Shown: positions 1-7,721 of the stretch, in pieces
Layout of the letters: every line of letters begins with the position of its first letter
How positions within the stretch are numbered: position 1 is the stretch's first letter
From: a virus
Taxonomy: Duplodnaviria; Caudoviricetes
Direction: 5' to 3' (one strand)
Length of the DNA stretch: 33,246 nucleotides
IMG/VR virus record: IMGVR_UViG_3300035676_000735
Coordinates: 1-33,246 of that record
The notes under the pieces: generated by a model
The model's database searches: none
Told to the model about the DNA's origin: nothing
What the model saw: the letters and a program-made list of their open reading frames with translations, nothing else
Position numbers and translations under genes: made by a program

Positions 1-171
1 CGGTCGTGGGCGTCGTCGCGGTCGCGGTTGCGGTCGGAATCGTGGTCGCGGTCGGGGTCGCGGTCTGCGTCGCGGGTAGAGTCGATGGGGGGGTCACGGT
101 CGGGGTCGTGGTCGTGGTCGGTGGCAGGGTCGTGGTCGGGGTCCGGGGTGGGGTCAGCGGCGGGGTCATAG
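1..171 (+). CDS. Ser-Arg/Trp/Gly dipeptide-repeat protein A (5' truncated)
   Basis: Frame 1 reads RSWASSRSRLRSESWSRSGSRSASRVESMGGSRSGSWSWSVAGSWSGSGVGSAAGS then TAG at 169-171; Ser codons vary synonymously (TCG/TCT/TCA/TCC). Confidence 0.55.
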   Translation, partial: RSWASSRSRLRSESWSRSGSRSASRVESMGGSRSGSWSWSVAGSWSGSGVGSAAGS

Positions 172-196
172 CAGTGGTTGCTGGGGAGGCTGCACG

Positions 197-217
197 ATGA
201 TGATGATGATGATGATG
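197..217 (+). repeat. (ATG)7 trinucleotide run giving a poly-Met N-terminus
   Basis: atgatgatgatgatgatgatg read directly. Confidence 0.95.
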
Positions 218-454
218 CTAGTATCGGTGGCGTGGTCGCGGTCTAGATACTGGGCTACCTCGACCTCGACCTCGAGGTCTAGGTCCAGGTCATGGTCGGT
301 GGCGTGGTCACGGTCACGGCCCCGCCCGTGGTCGCGACCACGGGCATGGACGGGGGCGGGGCCATGGTCTGTGGCGATGTCCCGGTCGGGGTCGTGGCTG
401 GTGTCGTGGTCGGTGTCGCGGTCGGGGTCGCGGTCGGGGTCACGGTCGACATGA
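197..454 (+). CDS. Ser-Arg/Trp/Gly dipeptide-repeat protein B (85 aa)
   Basis: GGAGG at 185-189, 7 nt before ATG 197; repeat TCN-NGG uses all four TCN Ser codons and several Arg codons; converges on nrdJ. Confidence 0.6.
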   Translation: MMMMMMMLVSVAWSRSRYWATSTSTSRSRSRSWSVAWSRSRPRPWSRPRAWTGAGPWSVAMSRSGSWLVSWSVSRSGSRSGSRST

Positions 455-475
455 TGCTCATGCTGATGCGACAGC

Positions 476-3055
476 CTACGAGCACCCGTTCGTAGCTCCA
501 CAGTTGCTGCACTTGTAGCAGGTGCCACTGCGAACCATGATCGATCCGCAAGTGGGACACGGGGGGGCATCCGCCTGATTCAAGAACGTCGCTCGCTCGA
601 TACTCGTCTCCTCCGGACCAAGGAACTTGATCTCTAGCCAACGGAAGATGTAGTCGGCCACGCTCTTGGCGATAGGGATGTCCTTGTTGTTGGTGAACCC
701 GGACGGCTCGAAGCGGGTGTGGATGAATTTGTCCACCAGGACTTGAAGGGGGACTCCATACTGGAGAGCAAGGCTGATGGAGGTGGCGAAGCAGTCCATG
801 AGCCCCGAGACGACAGAGCCTTCCTTGGCCATCACGCAGAAGAGCTCTCCTGGCTTCCCGTCGTCGTACATCCCAACGGTCAGATAGCCTTCGTGACCCC
901 CGACGGAGAACTTGTGCGTGATGGATCGTCGCTCATCGGGGAGTTTTTTCCGGGCGACGGGGGCGGGGATGGTCTCTTTTGAAGGCTCTCCACGGGCAGC
1001 GCTGACGGGCTGCGTCCTCTTGCATCCATCCCGATAGACGGCGATGGCTTTGAGGCCGGACTTCCAGGCCATGAGATACACCTGCTCAATCTCCTCGACT
1101 GTGGCTTCATGGGGGAGATTCACGGTCTTGGAGATGGCTCCCGAAAGGAAAGGCTGAACGGCGGCCATCATCTTGACGTGCCCCAGCCAATGGATGGATC
1201 GGCTCCCGTTCATAGCGCGGAAAGCGCAGTCAAAGACGGGAAGATCTTCTGGCTTCAAAAGAGGAGCGCCCTCTATGGTATCCCTCTGCTCGAGGTGCTC
1301 TACAATAGCTTGAATCTGATCTTGGGGGTATCCGAGCCGCTCGAGGGACTGGGCCACGGTCCCGTTGACGATCTTGAGGAGCCCTCCTCCGACCAGCTTC
1401 TTGTACTTCACCAGCGCGATGTCCGGCTCTATCCCGGTCGTGTCACAGTCCATCATGAATCCGATGGTGCCGGTGGGGGCGAGGACGGTGGTCTGAGCAT
1501 TGCGGAAGCCGTACGCGAGCCCCAGGCTCAGGGCCTCTTCCCAGGCCGATCGGGAGGCGTCGATCAGCACCGAGGGCACGCCGTCGAGCGTGTGGCTGTA
1601 GTCACGATGTCGTCGGATGACCTTGAGCATCGAGTCTCGGTTCCTATCGAAGCCTCCGAAAGGTCCTTGCCCCTCTGAGATACGGGCGCTCATTCGATAG
1701 GCGACGCCCGTCATTAGCGAGGTAATGGCCGCCGCATAGGCTCGTCCCGCCTCGCTGTCATAGGGGAGCCCCCGGGCCATCAGCAGCGCTCCCAGGTTGG
1801 CGTATCCAAGGCCCAACGGTCGATACATCCGGCTGTTCTGGGAGATCTTCTCGGTGGGATATCGAGAGCCATCGACCAGTATCTCCTGGGCGAGGATGGT
1901 CAGCTCGACCGCTCGGCTGAACGACTCGGGATCGAACTCGCCTCCGGGGATCCTAAAGTGCATCAGATTGAGCGAGGCCAGATTGCAGGCCGAGTCGTCG
2001 AGGAACATGAACTCGGAGCAGGGATTGCTGGCGCGGATCTCGTCGGTGGCGGCGCAGGTGTGAGAGGCGTTGATGGTGTCGTGGAACTGCATGCCTGGGT
2101 CGCCCGTCATGTGGGTGTTCTCGGCGATTTCGCGGAAGAGCTCTCGGGATCTCAAGGTGTCCATCGGACGTCCGTCCCGCACGGAGCGGGTGGTCCACAG
2201 ATCGTCCTTTTCCACGGAGCGCATGAACGCGTCGGTCACGCGGACGGAGTTGTTGGAGTTCTGGAAGAAGACCGAGCGATAGGCCTCGCCGTTGAACGAG
2301 CCGTCGTAGCCGGCGTCGATGAGCGCCCACGCCTTCTTCTCCTCGGTGCTCTTACAGCGGATGAAATCCAGGATGTCCGGGTGGTCGGCGTTGAGGATCA
2401 CCATCTTGGCGGCCCGGCGGGTCTTTCCGCCACTCTTGATCACTCCCGCAAAGGCGTCGAAGCCCCTCATGAAAGAGACCGGTCCCGAGGCGGTCCCGCC
2501 TCCAGCTAGATTCTCACGGGAGGAGCGCAGCGAGGAGAAGTTGGTCCCCGTCCCAGAACCGTACTTGAACAGCATCCCCTCCGTGTGAGCCAAGCCGAGG
2601 ATAGAATCCATCGAGTCCTCGACGGAGTTGATGAAACAGGCGGAGCATTGGGGATGCTCCTCGATGCCTACGTTGAACCAGACCGGAGAGTTGAAGCTCA
2701 TCGACTGGTGGAGAATGAGGAAGGTGAGATCCGCCTTGAAGGTGTCGGCATCGGCGTCGGTCGCGAAATAGCCCCCCTCCTTGCCCCAACAAGTAATGGT
2801 GTCCACCACCCTCTCGACCATCTTTCGGACGGAGCCCTCCCTCTTGGGGCTGCCATGGGGACCCCGGAAGTAGCGGGAAGCGACGACGTTGGTCGCCAGC
2901 GCGGACCACGGCTTGGGGACCTCGACATCCTTCTGCTCGAAGACTACCTCGCCTCCTTCGCCCGTAATGCTCGCGGAGCGTTTCTCCCAGGTGATCTCGT
3001 CAGCGGGATCGACTCCCGGAGTCGTGAACGTCCTCTTGATAGACAGTCTCCTCAT
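476..3055 (-). CDS. nrdJ: Class II (adenosylcobalamin-dependent) ribonucleotide reductase with C-terminal TSCPD-like domain and Zn-ribbon tail
   Basis: FNSPVWFN, QCSACFI, RRAAKM, SNPCSE (thiyl Cys), ACNLAS, APTGT, GAISKTVN, YRDG; ends CPTC..CSNC..GCS. Confidence 0.95.
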   Translation of the reverse strand: MRRLSIKRTFTTPGVDPADEITWEKRSASITGEGGEVVFEQKDVEVPKPWSALATNVVASRYFRGPHGSPKREGSVRKMVERVVDTITCWGKEGGYFATDADADTFKADLTFLILHQSMSFNSPVWFNVGIEEHPQCSACFINSVEDSMDSILGLAHTEGMLFKYGSGTGTNFSSLRSSRENLAGGGTASGPVSFMRGFDAFAGVIKSGGKTRRAAKMVILNADHPDILDFIRCKSTEEKKAWALIDAGYDGSFNGEAYRSVFFQNSNNSVRVTDAFMRSVEKDDLWTTRSVRDGRPMDTLRSRELFREIAENTHMTGDPGMQFHDTINASHTCAATDEIRASNPCSEFMFLDDSACNLASLNLMHFRIPGGEFDPESFSRAVELTILAQEILVDGSRYPTEKISQNSRMYRPLGLGYANLGALLMARGLPYDSEAGRAYAAAITSLMTGVAYRMSARISEGQGPFGGFDRNRDSMLKVIRRHRDYSHTLDGVPSVLIDASRSAWEEALSLGLAYGFRNAQTTVLAPTGTIGFMMDCDTTGIEPDIALVKYKKLVGGGLLKIVNGTVAQSLERLGYPQDQIQAIVEHLEQRDTIEGAPLLKPEDLPVFDCAFRAMNGSRSIHWLGHVKMMAAVQPFLSGAISKTVNLPHEATVEEIEQVYLMAWKSGLKAIAVYRDGCKRTQPVSAARGEPSKETIPAPVARKKLPDERRSITHKFSVGGHEGYLTVGMYDDGKPGELFCVMAKEGSVVSGLMDCFATSISLALQYGVPLQVLVDKFIHTRFEPSGFTNNKDIPIAKSVADYIFRWLEIKFLGPEETSIERATFLNQADAPPCPTCGSIMVRSGTCYKCSNCGATNGCS

Positions 3056-3064
3056 TTGATCTCC

Positions 3065-5263
3065 TCACATTTTGAGTAGTTGCGCGAGCGCCTTACGGGG
3101 CCGGATGCCTCGCAGGGCCCTAGCGCGATCTACGCGACAGGGGGTGAGCTGCCACTCCCTGGTGATCCACCTCACGAGCTCTCGTCTCCTGACGCGACCG
3201 AGGTCGGCGGCCCGACCCAGCTCCGACGCGAGCGTGGTCCCGGTGGGATCTCGCTCGAAATATTTCTCAACCACCTCCTGGAGCGGTGCGTCGGTCTCCT
3301 CGGCACAATCCATAGTCGCCGCCTGCATACGCTCGTCGGTTTGCATGCGGCATTTTTGAGGTGACAGTCTGGCGTAGTCTTGTTGACAGGTCCAGAGGTA
3401 GTGTGGTAGTTCCTCGAGCAGCTGCTGTTCCCATCGCCGGTCGGGCCCATGCTCGTTGCGGCGCACGTCGATCACCCCGATGCGCGATCGATCCGCAGTG
3501 CTGCCTGAGAGCTCGGGTGAGAGGTTGCTCGCGACGATCACCTTGCCGTAGATCGCGGCGGCGTACGCCTGTTTTCCTTTTGCCTCGACTGGTACAACGT
3601 CCCCCGAGGTCATCGCCCGCACGAATGAGCTCGTAGCGAACGAAGGATCTTGACAATCGGGGTATAGCATGAGCCTTTTCCCGACCATCGACGCATACAT
3701 GAATCTGGCGCCCGTGTCAAGCATGGGACCACTCACCGATGCTGCGGCATTTCCCATACAGCTTGACAATACCCTTAGAATTGTGCTCTTGCCAGTGTCA
3801 CCCTCAGGGTCCCTGAGCCAGATGAGCAGGCGGTCCCGGTCCTCCGCGTCGAAGACCGAAGCGACGAATGCTCGCCACACCTCTGGTGACGAGAGCCGTG
3901 AGTCCCATTGATCCCAGGCCGGGTGGGGCCCCGGGCTCGGTGTCCAGGGGAGCCTCTTGTAGCAGTAGGCATCGCCTCCGAATTGAAACGGCTCGGGCAT
4001 GGGCACTGACCTAGCGCCTTGCAGCCAGAGCTTAGCGATCCTGGACGCCTCCGTGCTCGTCGGCTCCCCGAGTGGAGCGTCACGGAAGACGGACTGCACC
4101 GATGGGATCCACGGGACCACGGATGTGTCACCGGGTATATTGCTCGCCGTGACCTGCCCCTGCGCATCGACCTGATAGCGTAGTATCTCACCATCGGGCC
4201 GGTGGTGCACGATCATCCGCTCCGCCAGCGGAGCGAGCAGTAGCCTCTCGAGCTCGACCTGCGCTGAGCAGCGTGCCACAAAATCCTTCCAGCCCCTCAA
4301 CCCCCCATCCTGCGACCAGCGGGTCATGAGATCGTAGAGCGCCGCCTTGGGGGTGTCCGCCGAGGGTAATGGTGCTCCGGGCTGCTGGTGGGACCGCAGC
4401 GACTGGACCAGTACCTCGGTCTCGGCCTCCTCTCGCCGCTGGTGTGCCCGGGCCCGCTCTAGTTTGTCACGCACTCCCCCGGGACCCTCCACCCAATCGC
4501 CCTCTGGGCGGGGTGCCATCAGTAGTATCGAGGGGCGTAGTACCGCGATGATCCCGTCGATGGGGGTCGGCAGTAGATGTGCTAGTACCGAGCAGACCTT
4601 GCAGACTGCGTCGTCCCGCTGCCCCTCGTCCGCGAGCTGCTCCCCCCTGAGGACCCGCCGCAACAGGCTGACGACCTCTCGTCGTGAGGGGGTGTTGCGG
4701 TGCCGAGCGACGTACTCCCGGATCAACCCCCGCACGGCCTCAAGATCCGTGACCTGCGTTTGGAGGGCGGCCCCTACTGGTAAGGCCATTTTACCGGCCT
4801 TACCAGTAGGGAGCGGACGGAGAGGGGTCGGATCCCAGACGAGCGTCTCATACCGTGCACCCGAGGGATGTATCGATGGGGGTGCTAGCACATATCCACC
4901 ATCCCCCCGAACATCTACACCGGGGGCAATTTTTGACACGCTGTTGCCCACGGCGGCATCGCAGTGATAGTAGAGATGCCATCCTCGGGCGGTCTTGACG
5001 ACGTGAGATCCCTGCGTGTCGCGGTTAGCGATCCACCATGCCAATGCATCTCGTGAGTCGCAGTCGATCACCACTACGCTTCGGCCTGTAGCGATGGCCA
5101 CATTGGCCTCAGGCCACTTCGCCCACCATTGCCGGATCTGCTCCGGATCGGTCGATGCGAAGTGCTGCCATTTTGGTAGCAACGGCTCCTTACCCCCAGG
5201 CCTACAGGGGTGCACCCGGTACCCCTGAGCGGCCCAATTCAGTGCTGCATCGAGCATCGTCAT
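3065..5263 (-). CDS. Prim-pol (bifunctional primase/polymerase) fused to SF3/D5-like helicase
   Basis: N-terminal WW..WPEANVAIATG, VIDCD, GWHLYY, DVRGDGGYVLAPPS; C-terminal Walker A GDTGKST and TSGD.V.VEAKG. Confidence 0.9.
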   Translation of the reverse strand: MTMLDAALNWAAQGYRVHPCRPGGKEPLLPKWQHFASTDPEQIRQWWAKWPEANVAIATGRSVVVIDCDSRDALAWWIANRDTQGSHVVKTARGWHLYYHCDAAVGNSVSKIAPGVDVRGDGGYVLAPPSIHPSGARYETLVWDPTPLRPLPTGKAGKMALPVGAALQTQVTDLEAVRGLIREYVARHRNTPSRREVVSLLRRVLRGEQLADEGQRDDAVCKVCSVLAHLLPTPIDGIIAVLRPSILLMAPRPEGDWVEGPGGVRDKLERARAHQRREEAETEVLVQSLRSHQQPGAPLPSADTPKAALYDLMTRWSQDGGLRGWKDFVARCSAQVELERLLLAPLAERMIVHHRPDGEILRYQVDAQGQVTASNIPGDTSVVPWIPSVQSVFRDAPLGEPTSTEASRIAKLWLQGARSVPMPEPFQFGGDAYCYKRLPWTPSPGPHPAWDQWDSRLSSPEVWRAFVASVFDAEDRDRLLIWLRDPEGDTGKSTILRVLSSCMGNAAASVSGPMLDTGARFMYASMVGKRLMLYPDCQDPSFATSSFVRAMTSGDVVPVEAKGKQAYAAAIYGKVIVASNLSPELSGSTADRSRIGVIDVRRNEHGPDRRWEQQLLEELPHYLWTCQQDYARLSPQKCRMQTDERMQAATMDCAEETDAPLQEVVEKYFERDPTGTTLASELGRAADLGRVRRRELVRWITREWQLTPCRVDRARALRGIRPRKALAQLLKM

Positions 5264-6159
5264 GGTGTCGGCTCCCAGGGCACGAGTCGGCCATCGACAT
5301 ATACCGGGTCTGCGGCCTTATGCCATCGACGCATGAGCGCGGGAGGTGCCGCTACTCGTACGTCAGGAGTGAATAGCCGCATCGTCTCGACCATCACCTC
5401 GGATATCCGGGTCGCCGCCTCATGGGCAGTCACCTCGGGCACCTCGGCTATGATCTCGTCGTGCAGGAAGAGCACGGGGTGCACACGGTAGAGGGGCTCA
5501 CCGCGCCGTGCATATAGAGCCTCTTCGCTCACCGCGACCAGGGCCAACTTGGCGCCGCGCGCAGCCAACCCCTGGAATCCGAAATTTGCGGCGTCACAAT
5601 ACGAGGCACCACCTCGTATCAGCCCCGGTATCATACCTGGGGGGGTGGGGAGCGGGATGCGTGCGGGGAACGTCGTGGTCACTCGACCGATGAGCTGGTG
5701 ATACTCGCGTACCTCGGGCCAGCGGGCGAACCAAGTGTCTCTGAGTCTACGACTGACCGCTAGACAGTCTGGGCACCCTCGACCTGCGCATTTCTCGCGA
5801 GCGCCTGAGAGCTCACAGAGGATCGCCCCGTTGTTACGGGCATGGGTCACAAACCTGGCCGCCCCCATTCCCCCGGGGAAACCGAAATTGCAGACCTTGG
5901 CGAGTTGACGGAAATTCTTGGCTTCGCATTTTTTGCATCTCAGATCCTCTATCTGCTGCTCGTAGCTGATCGCTCTGACTTGCGCAGCGAAATCCGAGTG
6001 GAGGTCTCGGCCGGAGTTGAGGACCTCGGCCATGTGCGAGTAGCCGATGTATAAGAGGCATGTCTGAGAGAGCGTGACGAGCTCGATGCCTGTATAGTCA
6101 CATGAGCAGTAGAGGCACCCTGGACGCGGAATGAAACAGGGTCGTACGTCGCCGATCAT
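5260..6159 (-). CDS. polA: DNA polymerase family A, C-terminal (palm/fingers) part
   Basis: Motif A CDYTGIEL, DLH, motif B RQLAKVCNFGFPGG, N..FQG, motif C FLHDE. Confidence 0.9.
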   Translation of the reverse strand: MIGDVRPCFIPRPGCLYCSCDYTGIELVTLSQTCLLYIGYSHMAEVLNSGRDLHSDFAAQVRAISYEQQIEDLRCKKCEAKNFRQLAKVCNFGFPGGMGAARFVTHARNNGAILCELSGAREKCAGRGCPDCLAVSRRLRDTWFARWPEVREYHQLIGRVTTTFPARIPLPTPPGMIPGLIRGGASYCDAANFGFQGLAARGAKLALVAVSEEALYARRGEPLYRVHPVLFLHDEIIAEVPEVTAHEAATRISEVMVETMRLFTPDVRVAAPPALMRRWHKAADPVYVDGRLVPWEPTP

Positions 6160-7154
6160 ATCTCCACCCCCCCTCGCGGTAGTGTCTGCATAGGGGGTCT
6201 AGTACATGACGTACGGCCTGTTCCGACGACAACATGCCAGCGGGGGGTGATAATGGGGGCCTGGAGATGCTGGGCCCATCCGCTGTATACCTTGTCGAGT
6301 GCCACATATGTCCCGAGCGCCTTGAGGTCATCATCATTGCTGAGAGCACAGGCCTCCTCGAGCACATCCCCTGCGGTCGATACGAGACCAGTGGCTGTCA
6401 GTGGAGCATCCTCTCCGAGCCGCTCCACGAGGCGTGCGCGAATGGCGTCCATGTCACGCGTCCCGTCGGGCCGTACTAATCCGGCCTCCTGGAGCTGCTC
6501 CCGTAGCTCCGACAGGGCAGTCTTGAGCTCGCGGATGAATGCCGCTACCACCACCTGATCGGTGCGCAGCCCCCAGAGGGCCATCCGGTGCAGGTGCCAG
6601 TCTGCCCAGGCGTTCTCAGCCATGAGCTCGAGATTGGCGCCGCCCAACTGGGCTCGCCAGATCTCGAGAGGTAGCGACGCATCTCGCAGACAATACTCGA
6701 TGCGCTCCCGTGGCCATCGATCGAGAGGTACGCCGTCGACCTCCGAGAAGGTCAGCCGCAGTGGATCTTTTTTCGACTCAAAAATATCAACCCCCAAGTA
6801 CCGCTTGGCGCAGGCGGCGAGGGAGCTCTCGGGGCAGCGCCCGGTCTCGTAGATCTGAAGGAGTTGGTCCGCGAGGATGACGTCATATATACGCCCCCCT
6901 TGGTAGGCCGAGCTCACTAGACGCTGTGCCCCGGGTCGATGCGCGCAGAGACACCCCAGGTCGTAGGGTATCCGCGCGCCAATGAGCAGTACAGACTCAT
7001 CGGCGAGCAGATCCAACATGAGAGCCACCATGTCGTCGCGCAAGAGCACCTCGGGCTGTGAGCCCTCAGCACAGTGTGATCCACACACTATCCTTGGGGC
7101 CAGTATGCCAGGCTCGATGAGGTACGTCTCGAGGTCGACGACATGGGGGGTCAT
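6156..7154 (-). CDS. polA: DNA polymerase family A, N-terminal (3'-5' exonuclease plus thumb) part
   Basis: ExoI VDLET, ExoII PYDL, ExoIII YCLRDA, GLRTD, TGRTSC..PPMQTLP (equivalent of TGRLSS..PNLQNIP). Confidence 0.85.
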   Translation of the reverse strand: MTPHVVDLETYLIEPGILAPRIVCGSHCAEGSQPEVLLRDDMVALMLDLLADESVLLIGARIPYDLGCLCAHRPGAQRLVSSAYQGGRIYDVILADQLLQIYETGRCPESSLAACAKRYLGVDIFESKKDPLRLTFSEVDGVPLDRWPRERIEYCLRDASLPLEIWRAQLGGANLELMAENAWADWHLHRMALWGLRTDQVVVAAFIRELKTALSELREQLQEAGLVRPDGTRDMDAIRARLVERLGEDAPLTATGLVSTAGDVLEEACALSNDDDLKALGTYVALDKVYSGWAQHLQAPIITPRWHVVVGTGRTSCTRPPMQTLPRGGVEI

Positions 7155-7157
7155 GGC

Positions 7158-7721
7158 TCAGCTCCCCTCGGCGACATCGGCAGGTACGTGCTCCCAATGC
7201 TTGAGCACGATCGGCAAATTCCTCCCCGAGAGCCCCGAGGTGGCCGTGCATTTGATCAGCCTGCCAGTGAGCGGCTGATTGGGACCCACCGCGAGGGCGA
7301 TGTCCTGGGGTCCGATCGCTCGACCGAATGCCGCGATCAAGAAGCCCTTGATCCGGCCGAGCGAGCCCTTGTCGTCCTTGACCAGACCTCTGTTGTCCCG
7401 CCCCACATCGGGCATCTCCATGTACGTGCATCCCGCCCCCTTGGTCCCCGTGGTGGATGCCTCCACCGAGAAATCCACCTGGAAGCGCAGACCGCTCCGG
7501 CCCTCTTTCCACTCACAGCGACGGATCTCGAGGATATGTACCCCCTCGTTGATGAAGGGTAGTCTCCCGCCGTTCGCGTCAGCCTCATCAACAGCTGCGA
7601 GGAACTGCGTGAGTGTGTCTGGTATACTCGTTTTGGGGATCTCTTTCGGAGCCTCGTCCTTTTTCATTTCTTGTATTTTATTGCCGCTGCCGCTCAACAA
7701 CGCGCTCAGGTCCACTTTCAT
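7158..7721 (-). CDS. Putative single-stranded DNA-binding protein
   Basis: Lies between helicase and polymerase; beta-rich OB-like pattern (EGVHILEIRRCEW..FQVDFSVE). Confidence 0.5.
   Translation of the reverse strand: MKVDLSALLSGSGNKIQEMKKDEAPKEIPKTSIPDTLTQFLAAVDEADANGGRLPFINEGVHILEIRRCEWKEGRSGLRFQVDFSVEASTTGTKGAGCTYMEMPDVGRDNRGLVKDDKGSLGRIKGFLIAAFGRAIGPQDIALAVGPNQPLTGRLIKCTATSGLSGRNLPIVLKHWEHVPADVAEGS

Noticed and set aside
1-454. Diversity-generating retroelement variable region (the NCN-NGG pattern could reflect adenine mutagenesis on the minus strand)
   Set aside because: No reverse transcriptase and no template/variable repeat pair in the window.
166-641. Minus-strand Asp-X (DRDPDRD) and Thr-Pro ORFs, and plus-strand Val-rich ORFs, over the left repeat
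   Set aside because: Alternative frames of the same hexamer repeat; they lack a good RBS or overlap nrdJ, and synonymous variation favours the Ser-Arg frame. Not fully excluded.
5260-7154. Intron or intein splitting polA, or a Z-genome DpoZ system
   Set aside because: The two ORFs overlap with no intervening sequence or intein motifs; no purZ gene is visible.
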